A DNA stretch of 64,000 nt. It comes from an uncultured cyanobacterium. Lineage in GTDB: Bacteria; Cyanobacteriota; Cyanobacteriia; CAKZMO01. A program made the position numbers and the translations under genes. Positions 9,525 through 18,963 of the stretch are shown here, one piece after another (the stretch's first letter is position 1; each line of letters begins with the position of its first letter). The stretch lies in assembly GCA_963719515.1 (NCBI GenBank), contig CAVRCJ010000011.1, forward strand, positions 435,035 to 499,034, read 5' to 3'. Under the pieces are notes generated by a model, which saw only the letters and a list, made by a program, of their open reading frames with translations, made no database searches and had not been told where the DNA came from.

Positions 9525-9612
9525 GCATAACGTTCCGATTGAGCGGCATCAGGTCTGCTGTAACATTAGACAAAAAGGTTCCCGGCTGTCCGCTCCAATC
9601 GGATTGTTAGAC
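9525..9612 (-). other. attC-like integron recombination site (88 bp)
   Basis: Minus strand GTCTAAC-AATCCGATT-G-GAGCGG...CCGCTC-AATCGGAAC-GTTATGC; same architecture as 7907-7993. Confidence 0.8.
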
Positions 9613-9877
9613 ATCGAGATATTAACTGAATGTAGAACACACATCTATGGCTTTCTTCTAAAAAACCAGTTTAGAAAGGCAATAATAGCGACCGCTATCA
9701 TGGTTATTATTTGAAAAGGATTGAATATCTTAGTTATGCTTTGCATCGTACTCGTTTTAGTTAACTAGATAGGTTATTTTAGAAACGGTTTTGAATCAGT
9801 GTCTTTTGAATCTGGGGAAGATAAATACAAAGCCTTAAAACATCGGTTTTACTAGACTTTCAACATTCAGGCGTCCC

Positions 9878-10351
9878 TCAGCGATCTCGGAAACGCTGTA
9901 AAGTCATTTGCAGGCTTTTATAGATATTTTTCCAGTCTTGAGCCAGAAAATCTTCTAATCCCTGTAGGTCCATTTTCTTGAACGTCAACTCACCTCGACT
10001 ATTCTGAGTCACGCGAAAATTCGCGTTGTACAATCTCAGCATCTCCTCGGGTTGCATTGTTTCTACTTTCTTTTCGTAGTTCGAGTACAGAAAAGTTGCG
10101 GATAATCCCCCTACTGCGGCAGCTCCTGCCCACCCAATAGGACCAAGGGCAGCTACACCAAAAGCTCCAAAAACCGCAACCTTTTCCGCAATTTTTTCCC
10201 TAGATATTCTCAAAAGTCGGTAATAGATCTTCACAGCATACGAGTACACCTCACCTTTGACTATGATTTCATCCCCAACCGCAAAAGAATCGATCCTTGC
10301 CAGAACGTCTGTCCAGTCATCATGAGACTGAACGATAGCCACTTTACCCAT
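9878..10351 (-). CDS. Cassette-borne hypothetical protein with a Gly/Ala-rich hydrophobic hairpin
   Basis: 157-aa ORF with RBS GAGG; segment VAVFGAFGVAALGPIGWAGAAAVGG; oriented with the attC array. Confidence 0.7.
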   Translation of the reverse strand: MGKVAIVQSHDDWTDVLARIDSFAVGDEIIVKGEVYSYAVKIYYRLLRISREKIAEKVAVFGAFGVAALGPIGWAGAAAVGGLSATFLYSNYEKKVETMQPEEMLRLYNANFRVTQNSRGELTFKKMDLQGLEDFLAQDWKNIYKSLQMTLQRFRDR

Positions 10352-10427
10352 ACAACCTCATTAACTCTCTCAATACAAAACACAAGATAAAAAAACTTAC
10401 TTGCTATTCTAGCCTGGGACTAAAACT

Positions 10428-10660
10428 GTCTAACTATATATTCAACGTCAGATCTGCTCGATAACACCCCATTCCCCGGATCTTATCAGGCAGATCTGAC
10501 GGATAACACCCTATTTCTCAGGCTTATCTACCACATCTGACGTCTAACTCCAGAAATCCGGGGTGTTATCTGTCACTTTTGCTTGATGATCCTAGCCTCT
10601 GGAATATTATTTGTCACTTCTGACGGATAACAACACACATAGCCGTGTTATCCGGCGATC
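10428..10660 (-). repeat. attI-like site (GTTAGAC core at 10434-10428) preceded by ~42-bp direct and inverted repeats with ATCTGAC/GATAACAC motifs
   Basis: The core matches the R'' of the attC at 9612; GATAACA at about 10460, 10502 and 10626, and its reverse complement at about 10563 and 10645. Confidence 0.55.
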
Positions 10661-10859
10661 GCCATGTGCCATTGACCATGAAAAGCAGTGCAGCGTCGCT
10701 GCCGGGCGCAGCAGCTAATCAGGCTACACAGCAAAGTTTAAGATATCCTGACGAAATCTCTCCTCGCCGACAAGTCCATTCGTTTGCTACGCCGCTTTCC
10801 CAGAACTGTAAATCGCAAGCACCCAAGTACTTCATACCGCTATACCGCGATCGCCCCAT

Positions 10860-11060
10860 GCACTTAAGCAAAACCAACAAACGCTTACTGAGATCAAGCA
10901 AACGCTTAAGCAAAACCGACTAACCACAAAGCGAAACCTCAAAACACTTAAGCCGTAAGCCATATCGCTTATTGAGCTATAAGCAACGCTTAAGCGTTTC
11001 TCGCTAACGTATAAACGTTGGTCGATAACGCTCAAGCAAAACCAACAAACGCTTATTGGT
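10860..11060. repeat. Degenerate ~21-bp periodic repeat tract (CTTAAGCAAAACC...)
   Basis: AAGCAAAACCAACAAACGCTTA occurs twice; CTTAAGC/CTCAAGC recurs. Confidence 0.65.
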
Positions 11061-11459
11061 TACCCCAAACCGAGCCCACGCCAAAGGCTCAACCCCACTC
11101 GATACAATGGCAGCACAACAGCCCAGACTCAGCGCAGCCTAGATACGCCTCAGCGATCGCCCCCCATAGCTGACAAACATGGGGTGCATATGCACCGGCT
11201 ACAGCGTGAGAATGCTGGTGTTGGATTTCCCCATCTAGGCAAAGGCGATCGCTTTCGATCGTCCGTGAGCTGTATCGACGCTGTCCCCTTGTAGGCTGCG
11301 GCGAAGCGGTACAGGTGTTCCCTGATCAAACAAGATTTTCATTAACCTGCTATGCGCTCTAACCTAGTGAGTTCATAGTCTAGAAGGGACTCCACCTGAC
11401 TACGTGCTACTCCTGGAAACCAGTCCAAAAATTGATCGATGGAAGCGCTATCTTTAAGA

Positions 11460-11602
11460 TTTTCAAGTTATCTTCGCGATGTCGGGTCAGCAGCAGCAGG
11501 CAGAGCAGATTGGCCGCCAGCGCCAACAACGCCCATAAGCTCTGCGGTGGGAGCTGCCCCGGTCATAAATTGATAGATAGCCCGAGCGAAGACGGCGATC
11601 GC
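11460..11602 (-). pseudogene. Fragment of a cation-efflux (CDF-like) transporter gene
   Basis: Hand translation AIAVFARAIYQFMTGAAPTAELMG / LLALAANLLCLLLLTRHREDNL with one frameshift; starts at a HIP1 site. Confidence 0.5.
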
Positions 11603-11697
11603 TGCTGGCACCGCCGCGAGCCGCAATTTGCCACGTTCAAAGCCCTACTTGCCCCAAATGGTCTACGCTTAGAGCATATTTTTTTAGAGCCGACTAA

Positions 11698-12513
11698 ATG
11701 CGTGTTGAAGCCTGCTGCCAAGCCCTGTTGGAAAACCTGCTGCCCGATCTTGACCCCGATCGCCAGGGACTCTGCGTGGATGTAGGGGTTGGCACCTTTG
11801 CCTTTTACTGCGAGCTGTTTGCCCGGCTGGGGTTCGCCACCGTAGCCGTAGAGCCTTCTCCCACCGATAAGCTGCGGGCGCTCTGCCAGCAGTACTCCAT
11901 CCAGCTCATTGAGCAGTGCCTGTCAGACCAAGTGGGGACCCAAACCCTATACATGGGACAGTTTGCCAACTTAGCCAACAGCAATTTTAGCTCGCTGGCC
12001 GCCGACTGGTTTGGCGCGTCAAGCTCGACTCGCTCAGTGCCAACCCTAGATTTAGCGACCTTACTCCGCCAGGTCACCGCCCCCTACATCACCGCCTTTA
12101 AGCTCGATATTGAAGGGTGGGAGCCGGTTGTAATCCAGCAGTTTGTCGAATTACCCAGCAAGCAACTGCCCCAAGTTGTGATGTTCGAGTACGGCGGTGG
12201 CGGCAGTCGTGCCCAGGGGTCAAAAGGCTGGTCGCCCAACTTTTTTCAGGGCACGATGACTTGTCTCGAAGTTTTGCAGCAGCAGGGATACGCCTTTAGC
12301 GTTATGGTCGACTATGCCTCTGGTACCCAGGCTAAGGTGTTTGATCTGCAATCTCTAGATTTGGCTCACGAGTCGCCCTTTTGTGCCAACGGCGTCTACG
12401 GCAACATTCTTTGCTTTCACCAACAGCGCTTTTCCACCGAGAGAATACAGCGCATCTGCGCCCCCTATCGCGGTGGTTTGGCCAACTGGCTGGTGAGCAC
12501 CTTCGTCTCCTAA
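11698..12513 (+). CDS. FkbM family SAM-dependent methyltransferase
   Basis: VDVGVG, VAVEP, FKLDIEGWE, VMFEY. Confidence 0.85.
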   Translation: MRVEACCQALLENLLPDLDPDRQGLCVDVGVGTFAFYCELFARLGFATVAVEPSPTDKLRALCQQYSIQLIEQCLSDQVGTQTLYMGQFANLANSNFSSLAADWFGASSSTRSVPTLDLATLLRQVTAPYITAFKLDIEGWEPVVIQQFVELPSKQLPQVVMFEYGGGGSRAQGSKGWSPNFFQGTMTCLEVLQQQGYAFSVMVDYASGTQAKVFDLQSLDLAHESPFCANGVYGNILCFHQQRFSTERIQRICAPYRGGLANWLVSTFVS

Positions 12514-12714
12514 GCCTGAGTTGAAAGAGGCGGTGCGATCGCAGCCAATATCCGCCATTCTGACGGTGATGACGAGGCTGCACCTCCTGACTGAGCCAAG
12601 TAGTCTACCCATAAAGCACGCATCTACGGGCAAAGTCCAAGCCCCACAGTCTTTAGCGGTTTTGTCAGGCCGCTTTACGGTTAGACACACCATCACCAGC
12701 AGAGCGTTCAGGGT

Positions 12715-14091
12715 ATGTCACTTAAAAGGTCTATTGCCACTGTATCTTGCCTCGGGGTGCTATCCTGCACTCCTGCTCAAAGGCAAGATTCTGAGCCGCC
12801 GACGGCAATATTCCAGGCCTTCAACCAGCCCTATAGCGACATCAGTACCTTTGTCTGCGCGCTGGCCGACCAGGGCTACTCCCACCTGCAGATTTCCCCC
12901 GCGCAGCAGTCAAACCCGGGAGGCGAGTGGTGGAAGCGCTATCAGCCCGTCGACCTAAGCGTCATTGAAGGGCTGGGGTCGGAGCGGGATCTCAAACAGC
13001 TGATTGACCGAGCTGCGAGCTGCGACGTCAAAGTCATCGCCGACGTCGTCTTCAACCACATGGCCAACCTCGACGGGGACGACGGGTTTGAAGACCTGAC
13101 CCAGTACCCCAATCTCTCCCCCAGCGACTTCAGCACCGCTCCTGATAACGTCGGTCAAAAGCCGTGCGACATCAACTACAGCGACGGCAACCGCACCACA
13201 GAATTAGACTGCTGGCTAGGGGGCCTGCCCGATTTAATCTTCACCGGCAACGTCAAAACGATTCAGAAGGCCTATCTGAAGCGCTTGCTCGACCTAGGCG
13301 TAGCGGGCTTTCGGTTTGACGCCGCCAAGCACATTCCAGCAGAAGTGCTCAGCGAATACGTGGCCTTCGTGAACCAAGAGAGTGGGGGCACCGCTTGGAG
13401 CTACCTGGAGGTGATTCAGGATAGTGATACCCGCGCCGAAGACTACAATGCGATCGCCCCTGTCTCAGACTTCGTTCTCTACAACACGATGAAAGCGGCG
13501 TTTACCTATGGGGGAGATTTGCGATCGCTTCCCCCTCGCGCCGTTGACGACCCCGACAGCGTTACCTTCGGCCAAAACCACGACACAATCGCTGCCCTCA
13601 ACCCCTCCGCCATCAACCCCTACGACGACGTCACGGACGCATACCTGGCCGACGCCTACGTTCTGGCGCGGCAGGACGGGACGCCGCTGGTATTCAACGA
13701 AGACAACGCCAGCTCTCCCTTCGTTCCGACTGGGGTCAAGTTTCGCCAGATTATGCATCAGCGGCAGGTAGAGGGCAAGCGCACGGCGGAGACCGTTCTC
13801 AGGGCGATTGATAGCCCCACCGTCGTCGTGCTGGAGCGGGGGGCGGAAGGCTTTTTTGTGGCCAACAAGGGGACAGATGCGCTAGACCTACCGGCGCTGG
13901 ATTTGACGCTGACGAACTTGGAAGGATGCTACCGAGAGCTGCGCAATGACTTTACCGTTGCCGTTGAGCAGCGCGGAGACCAGAAGTTTGTGACCCGCTG
14001 GGGCACCTGGGAGCGCGGCGGCATTGAGGTGCAGGGGCGAGACGCCCTTTACTTTGTGCGCGAACCTTTTGACCAGTGTCAGCCCCGCTAG
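12715..14091 (+). CDS. Alpha-amylase (GH13), probable lipoprotein
   Basis: RYQPV, DVVFNH, GFRFDAAKH, YLEV and NHD catalytic motifs; lipobox-like VLSC. Confidence 0.9.
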   Translation: MSLKRSIATVSCLGVLSCTPAQRQDSEPPTAIFQAFNQPYSDISTFVCALADQGYSHLQISPAQQSNPGGEWWKRYQPVDLSVIEGLGSERDLKQLIDRAASCDVKVIADVVFNHMANLDGDDGFEDLTQYPNLSPSDFSTAPDNVGQKPCDINYSDGNRTTELDCWLGGLPDLIFTGNVKTIQKAYLKRLLDLGVAGFRFDAAKHIPAEVLSEYVAFVNQESGGTAWSYLEVIQDSDTRAEDYNAIAPVSDFVLYNTMKAAFTYGGDLRSLPPRAVDDPDSVTFGQNHDTIAALNPSAINPYDDVTDAYLADAYVLARQDGTPLVFNEDNASSPFVPTGVKFRQIMHQRQVEGKRTAETVLRAIDSPTVVVLERGAEGFFVANKGTDALDLPALDLTLTNLEGCYRELRNDFTVAVEQRGDQKFVTRWGTWERGGIEVQGRDALYFVREPFDQCQPR

Positions 14092-14171
14092 CAGTTTCTT
14101 CCTAGCCTGACCCGCTGTGTGCAATTGTTTAGCGTATCGAAGGCCCTCACCCCCAACCCCTCTCCCAAGGC

Positions 14172-14600
14172 TGATACCGCTGGCGAATTTCATGTCTTGT
14201 TACATCTCGGCTATTTCCTGCCCCGGAGAAGGCCCCCTCAATCCCCCAATTGAGAGGACTTCAGAGAGGTTAGAACTCCTTAAAGTCAATAGCCGCGAAT
14301 AGTATGGCCACTGCTCCGGTTCCCCCAGAATTGGGGGTTAGGGGGCCTCGAAAGCGTGCAACTCGATTACGAAATATTTCGCCAGTGGTATCAAGTTTGG
14401 GGGAACCAGAAAAATGCCAGACCTCTTGATATTAAAGACTTTCAAGAATTCTGGCTTCGAATCTTGCTCCCCCATTCGCGTAGCGTAGCCGTTGGCGAAG
14501 CCTGTCCGAAGGACATAGGCTGTATTTTGGGGGCCGGGGGCCTCTTTAAGGGGTGAAACAGCACGAATGTTGCAAGGTATAAAATTCGCCAGCGGTATCA
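14172..14600. mobile_element. Nested MITEs: full copy 14172-14393 next to an inverted, truncated relative 14394-14600
   Basis: Same TGATACCGCTGGCGAA terminal repeats at 14172, 14393 and 14600. Confidence 0.85.
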
Positions 14601-14835
14601 GAATTGGGGGAAGGGCTAAGGATAGGGGTTTCCAGGACGCTAAACACATACATGTAGCGGGTCAGGCGCTTAAAAGCGAGCAGCTTAACTTAGGCGATCG
14701 CCCTTTCTAGGGGACATTCCTCTGATATCCCTCTGGGTTGATGAAATTGGAGCCGTTCTTAAGTATAAGAAACGTAGGATAGGCAGCGCCCCTGCCCGTC
14801 GTCACGCTGTATTTCCCAATACCCCTAAAGTTGCT

Positions 14836-15987
14836 ATGGCTTCTAGACACCAGCGCGCCCTTGGCGTGTTCCCCAACCGCACCACCACAGCTTCGGCGCT
14901 ACAGGCCTTGCGAGACTCCGGCTTTTCCATGGCCGACACCTCGGTGATCACCCGTGAGGCAAACCGCGAGGCCGATATCGCGGGGGTGGAGGTACAGGAC
15001 AGCGTCGGCAATAAGGCAGATACCGGAGGCGCAGTAGGCGCTGCTACGGGTGGCCTATTGGGCGGCGTTGCCGGTTTGCTCGTAGGTCTAGGGACGATCG
15101 CCATTCCGGGGGTTGGCGCGGCAATTCTAGCGGGGGAAGCTGCTGCAGTGCTGACGACCCTCATCGGGGCGGCGGGCGGGGCCGTAGCGGGCGGGCTCGT
15201 GGGGGCACTCATTGGTCTGGGGGTGCCCGAACACCAGGCCAAGGAATATAGCGATCGCGTCTCGGCGGGGGACTACCTCGTCATGCTCAAGGGCACGGAG
15301 GTGGACATCAACCGGGCTGAGCAGGTGCTGAAGCAGCACAATATTCAAGATTGGGGCATTTACGACGCGGCTAACCCCGACGATGTTGAGCCCAATAGGG
15401 GCGCTCGCAGCGGGGCGGTAGCGAACCCGCGAGGCCAAGATGCCGGCAGCCCTGGACCCATCGCAGCTTTGCGCAACCTGCAGGGCAGTCCGACTATGGG
15501 ACAGCGGCGCATCATGGGGGTATTCCCCAACTGGCAGGCCATGGAAACGGCCCTCGACCGGGTGAGGGAGGCGGGCCTGTCGCTGCAGCAGGTGGCGATC
15601 GCGGTGAAAGACGACAAAACTAACGAGAACTACCTCACCGGCGGGCATGGGGCCATGGGGGGCGTGACGGGGCTGCTGTCAGGGCTGAACCGAGTCGATG
15701 TACCGGGCGTCGGCTCTATACTGGTGGTCGGTCCGGCAACCTCGGGGCTGGTAGGGGCGGCGCGGGACGGACGCGTCAGCGATATGTCCTACGCGCTGAG
15801 CCATCTGGGCATTTCAGAGGAGCAGGCCAGCCTCTACGGACGGCGCATTGCTGACGGTGACGTTCTAATGACGACGCAGGGCAGCGGCAGCGAGGCCAAT
15901 GAGGTTGCCTCCCTGCTGGGCCAGTACGGCATGCGCGACTGGGGTGTTTACGAGATTCGGGGGGGCGATGCTCGCACGGGGGTTTAG
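14836..15987 (+). CDS. General-stress (YflT-like, glycine-zipper) membrane protein with a duplicated domain
   Basis: Two repeats of R.(A/I)(L/M)GVFPN...GL.GL..IPGVG...DWG(I/V)Y. Confidence 0.8.
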   Translation: MASRHQRALGVFPNRTTTASALQALRDSGFSMADTSVITREANREADIAGVEVQDSVGNKADTGGAVGAATGGLLGGVAGLLVGLGTIAIPGVGAAILAGEAAAVLTTLIGAAGGAVAGGLVGALIGLGVPEHQAKEYSDRVSAGDYLVMLKGTEVDINRAEQVLKQHNIQDWGIYDAANPDDVEPNRGARSGAVANPRGQDAGSPGPIAALRNLQGSPTMGQRRIMGVFPNWQAMETALDRVREAGLSLQQVAIAVKDDKTNENYLTGGHGAMGGVTGLLSGLNRVDVPGVGSILVVGPATSGLVGAARDGRVSDMSYALSHLGISEEQASLYGRRIADGDVLMTTQGSGSEANEVASLLGQYGMRDWGVYEIRGGDARTGV

Positions 15988-16379
15988 CGACTAGACAGGA
16001 AGCCCCGCGCTCTACCCGTCAGGGTGAGCGTCGGGATGAGAGTCGCGCTAGCCGAAGTGCGCCCGCAAAATGATGCACAGCGGATAGTGCGCTCAGCGCT
16101 GAGGCTAGCAGTTGGTATGATAGAGATAGCAAGGTGATACACCCCGCAAAGAGTGTGACGGGCCCGTAGGCGAAAGCTGCAAGTCACCCGTTCCTCAGTT
16201 TACAAATGTATCTGCGACACATAGTGCGTATCCTCCCTCGCGGAGATGAAAATTCAAAACTCTGCCGTGGGGCATCAGGCGGAGTATAAACCTATCTCAG
16301 GATATGTCTCGGCAATAGCTGGGAGTCACTGAGGAAGCCCGCGCTGTACAGCTTGCTGTCAGCGTCGGGAGGATGTCAC
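15987..16379 (+). mobile_element. Non-autonomous, internally deleted IS200/IS605 (IS1341/TnpB-type) element
   Basis: Both ends carry the related hairpin GGAAGCCC(C)GCGCT.TAC...AGCGTCGGGA; right end terminates in GATGTCAC; no ORF inside. Confidence 0.65.
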
Positions 16380-16466
16380 CCTGTCGGTCTCGCTACGCTA
16401 GCGCATTAGAACTGCGGCTAAAATGTTAGGCTCAAAACACGCTGATTTCCGTTAGCCGCGCCGCCT

Positions 16467-17237
16467 ATGCTGATTCCGCTGAGCCGTAAAAAGTTTGAAG
16501 AGCTAATCCCGCCTCTAGCCACTGCTGAGCAGTACAAATACTGCTGGGGCGGGCCTAGCGACATTTTGCGGCGAGTTTTGTTTTCAGTGGCAGTGCTGCT
16601 CGGGGCTGCGGCCCTGCAGCAGGTTGTCAACGAATACCTGCAGTTTTTTACGTTTTTTGCGATTATCATATCCGGCACCTACTGGATGTGGTCCCCCATT
16701 TACTTTGCCAACCGCCGCAACCGAGAGCTGCGCCGCTACGGGTTTGCAGGCTTTTTGCGGGGTGAGGTGCTCGACAAGTTTATTACCGAAGAGCTGATCG
16801 GCAGCGAAGAAAAGGTGAATAAGCAGGGGGAGCTGATGATTATCGAGAATCGGGAGCGCCGCCTCAACCTAGAAATCGGGGACGAGACGGGGTTTTCGGC
16901 GCAGCTGCAGGTGCCGCTGCAAAGAGAGCACCGGGCTATCCGGCGGGGAGACTTGGCCGAGGTGCTCGTGGTGTCGAACCGATCTGATCTGAGCCGCATC
17001 GCCAAAATCTCGGACGCCTACCTGCCCGACAGCGGTTTTTGGATTTCGGACTATCCCTGCGTGCGGCGAGACGCGTTTCGTGAGGTGAGCCGCAGCCTAG
17101 AGCGCCGCTGGCAAGAGCCCGAGGTGGGCTATCAGCCCCAAGGCGACCCGCGCCGCAGCGACGCTTTCCCCCGCGATCGCTCTCCGCGCCGCGATGGCTA
17201 TCGGCCTGACGACTACCTGCCCCAAGATGAGTATTAG
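16467..17237 (+). CDS. Conserved cyanobacterial two-TM membrane protein of unknown function
   Basis: MLIPLSRKKFEELIP...QYKYCWG...IENRERRLNLEIGDETGF. Confidence 0.75.
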   Translation: MLIPLSRKKFEELIPPLATAEQYKYCWGGPSDILRRVLFSVAVLLGAAALQQVVNEYLQFFTFFAIIISGTYWMWSPIYFANRRNRELRRYGFAGFLRGEVLDKFITEELIGSEEKVNKQGELMIIENRERRLNLEIGDETGFSAQLQVPLQREHRAIRRGDLAEVLVVSNRSDLSRIAKISDAYLPDSGFWISDYPCVRRDAFREVSRSLERRWQEPEVGYQPQGDPRRSDAFPRDRSPRRDGYRPDDYLPQDEY

Positions 17238-17282
17238 CGCCATGGTAAGGTTCTAGAGTACGGCCCACCAGAAGGCGTCGGT

Positions 17283-18241
17283 TTGGCAGACGAAGCGTCA
17301 GCAGGAAAGAAGCCCCGTGCTCCCCGTAACCGCACCCTGACCCTAAGTGCGGCGGAGCGGTCCGAGTATCGGCAGCGGCTGCTGCAGCTGAGCGAGCCCG
17401 CAGCCCTAGAGGCGATCGCGGTCGTACCATCCACCAAAACCTGTTTGAGGCGCTGCCCCACCTGCCGCCCCATTGCATCGACCTGCTGGTGGTGGACCCG
17501 CCCTACAACCTCGACAAGGTTTTCAATTCCACCCGCTTCAAAAAGACCGACCTGGGCACCTATACCGACTGGCTGGCGAGCTGCTTTGACGGCCTGCTGC
17601 CCCTGCTAAAGCCTTCGGCCTCCATCTACATCTGCGCCGACTGGCAGTCCTCCCCGGCGGTGTTTCGCGTTGCCCAGTCGCGCTTCCACGTGCGCAACCG
17701 CATTACCTGGGAGCGAGAAAAAGGGAGGGGAGCCCGCAGCAACTGGAAAAACGCCTCGGAAGACGTCTGGTTTTGCACCCTATCTAATCGCTATACCTTC
17801 AACGTGGAGGCGGTGAAGCTAAAGCGGCGGGTGCTGGCTCCCTATCGGCAGGCGGGCGCTCCTAAAGACTGGGACGAGACCCAGCAGGGCAACTTTCGCC
17901 TCACCCATCCCTCGAATCTCTGGACCGACCTGACGGTGCCGTTTTGGTCGATGCCGGAAAACACGGACCACCCCACCCAAAAGCCGGAGAAGCTGCTGGC
18001 AAAGCTAATTTTGGCGAGCTCTAACCCGGGAGACTTCGTGTTTGACCCGTTTCTAGGGTCGGGCACAACCGCCGTGGTCGCCAAAAAGCTGGGGCGGCGC
18101 TACCTAGGGGTGGAGCAGGACGAGCTGTACTGCTGTCTGGCGGAAAAGCGGCTGGCTTTGGCGGCGGAGGACTCCACAATTCAGGGGTTTGCGGAGGGGG
18201 TGTTTTGGGAGCGCAACACCGGCAGGCTGCGTCGAGTTTAA
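17283..18241 (+). pseudogene. Orphan N4/N6 DNA methyltransferase with a one-base deletion near 17420 (or assembly error)
   Basis: DPPYN, HPTQKPE and DPFLGSGTT motifs; the N-terminal RAPRNRTL frame joins ...RTIHQNLFEAL if one base is added. Confidence 0.85.
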
Positions 18242-18455
18242 AGATCGCCTGCGCAACTTTCTAATGCGACGCCTCAACTCTCAAATGCAGATCGCGATCT
18301 TTAAAGTGTGATGCCTCAACTCTCAAATGCAGGCCGCGATCTTTAAAGTGTGGTGCCTCAACGCTTAAATGCAGGCCGCGATCTTTAAAGATCATCCGCG
18401 CAACTTTAAAGATCGTCTGCGACAGCTCAAATTGCACGGCTCAACTTTTATATGT
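18238..18455. repeat. Tandem 42-bp repeat (two 21-bp halves), about 3 near-exact copies plus degenerate flanks
   Basis: GCCTCAACTCTCAAATGCAG..CGCGATCTTTAAAGTGTG.T starting at 18271, 18313 and 18355. Confidence 0.85.
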
Positions 18456-18704
18456 GTTTAGCGCAATTCGGCACCTCTCCCCCGGCCCCTCTCCCGTTCT
18501 AGGCTACCAAGTACACACATCTTGGTATGACGTCTCAATGCTGCTTTACCCCTCTTAATCTCCCCTTGGAAAGGGGAGAAACTGACTCGTTAGGACGTCT
18601 GGATGGGCGCGATGCAAACGTAGGAATCCCCTTTGCCCCCCTTAGATAAAGGCAGGTGCTAAAGGCGAAGGGATTCCAATGCGCAGAAAATTTCTCTAAT
18701 ACGG

Positions 18705-18963
18705 TTGTCTTGCTGCCGCAAATGCTCTATTCTCTGGAGCTAGAGCCGTGGTCCCCATGGCTTTGTCTCCCAAGAATTCGGTCGGGCGGAGCTACGTGTT
18801 GATACCAACAACCCGTAGCCCCTAATCCCACAAGACAGCGTGCACTGTCTCGGCAGGACTGAGGTTGATCATAAGAGATACCCGTGTCATCCGAGCAAAA
18901 CAACGTTTTGAGGGTGGCCGGTTTTTGGGGGACTCCTAACCACATCGACTTAAGGAGTCCCTC
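18705..18963 (+). promoter_or_regulatory. Sigma70-type promoter (TTGTCT-N17-TATTCT) followed by a ~225-nt structured leader ending in an RBS-occluding hairpin
   Basis: -35 at 18705-18710, -10 at 18728-18733; stems GTCATCC/GGGTGGC and GGGACTCCT/AGGAGTCCC. Confidence 0.6.

Noticed and set aside
9502..9714. 70-aa ORF
   Set aside because: Runs through the attC hairpin; likely spurious
10440..10660. Possible CRISPR or iteron array
   Set aside because: Repeats are degenerate, occur in both orientations, lack unique spacers and have no rep gene nearby; an attI-like reading fits better
17283..18241. Restriction-modification system
   Set aside because: No adjacent endonuclease; an orphan methyltransferase
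18271..18396. Possible CRISPR array
   Set aside because: The 42-bp units are contiguous tandem copies with no unique spacers, and there are no cas genes
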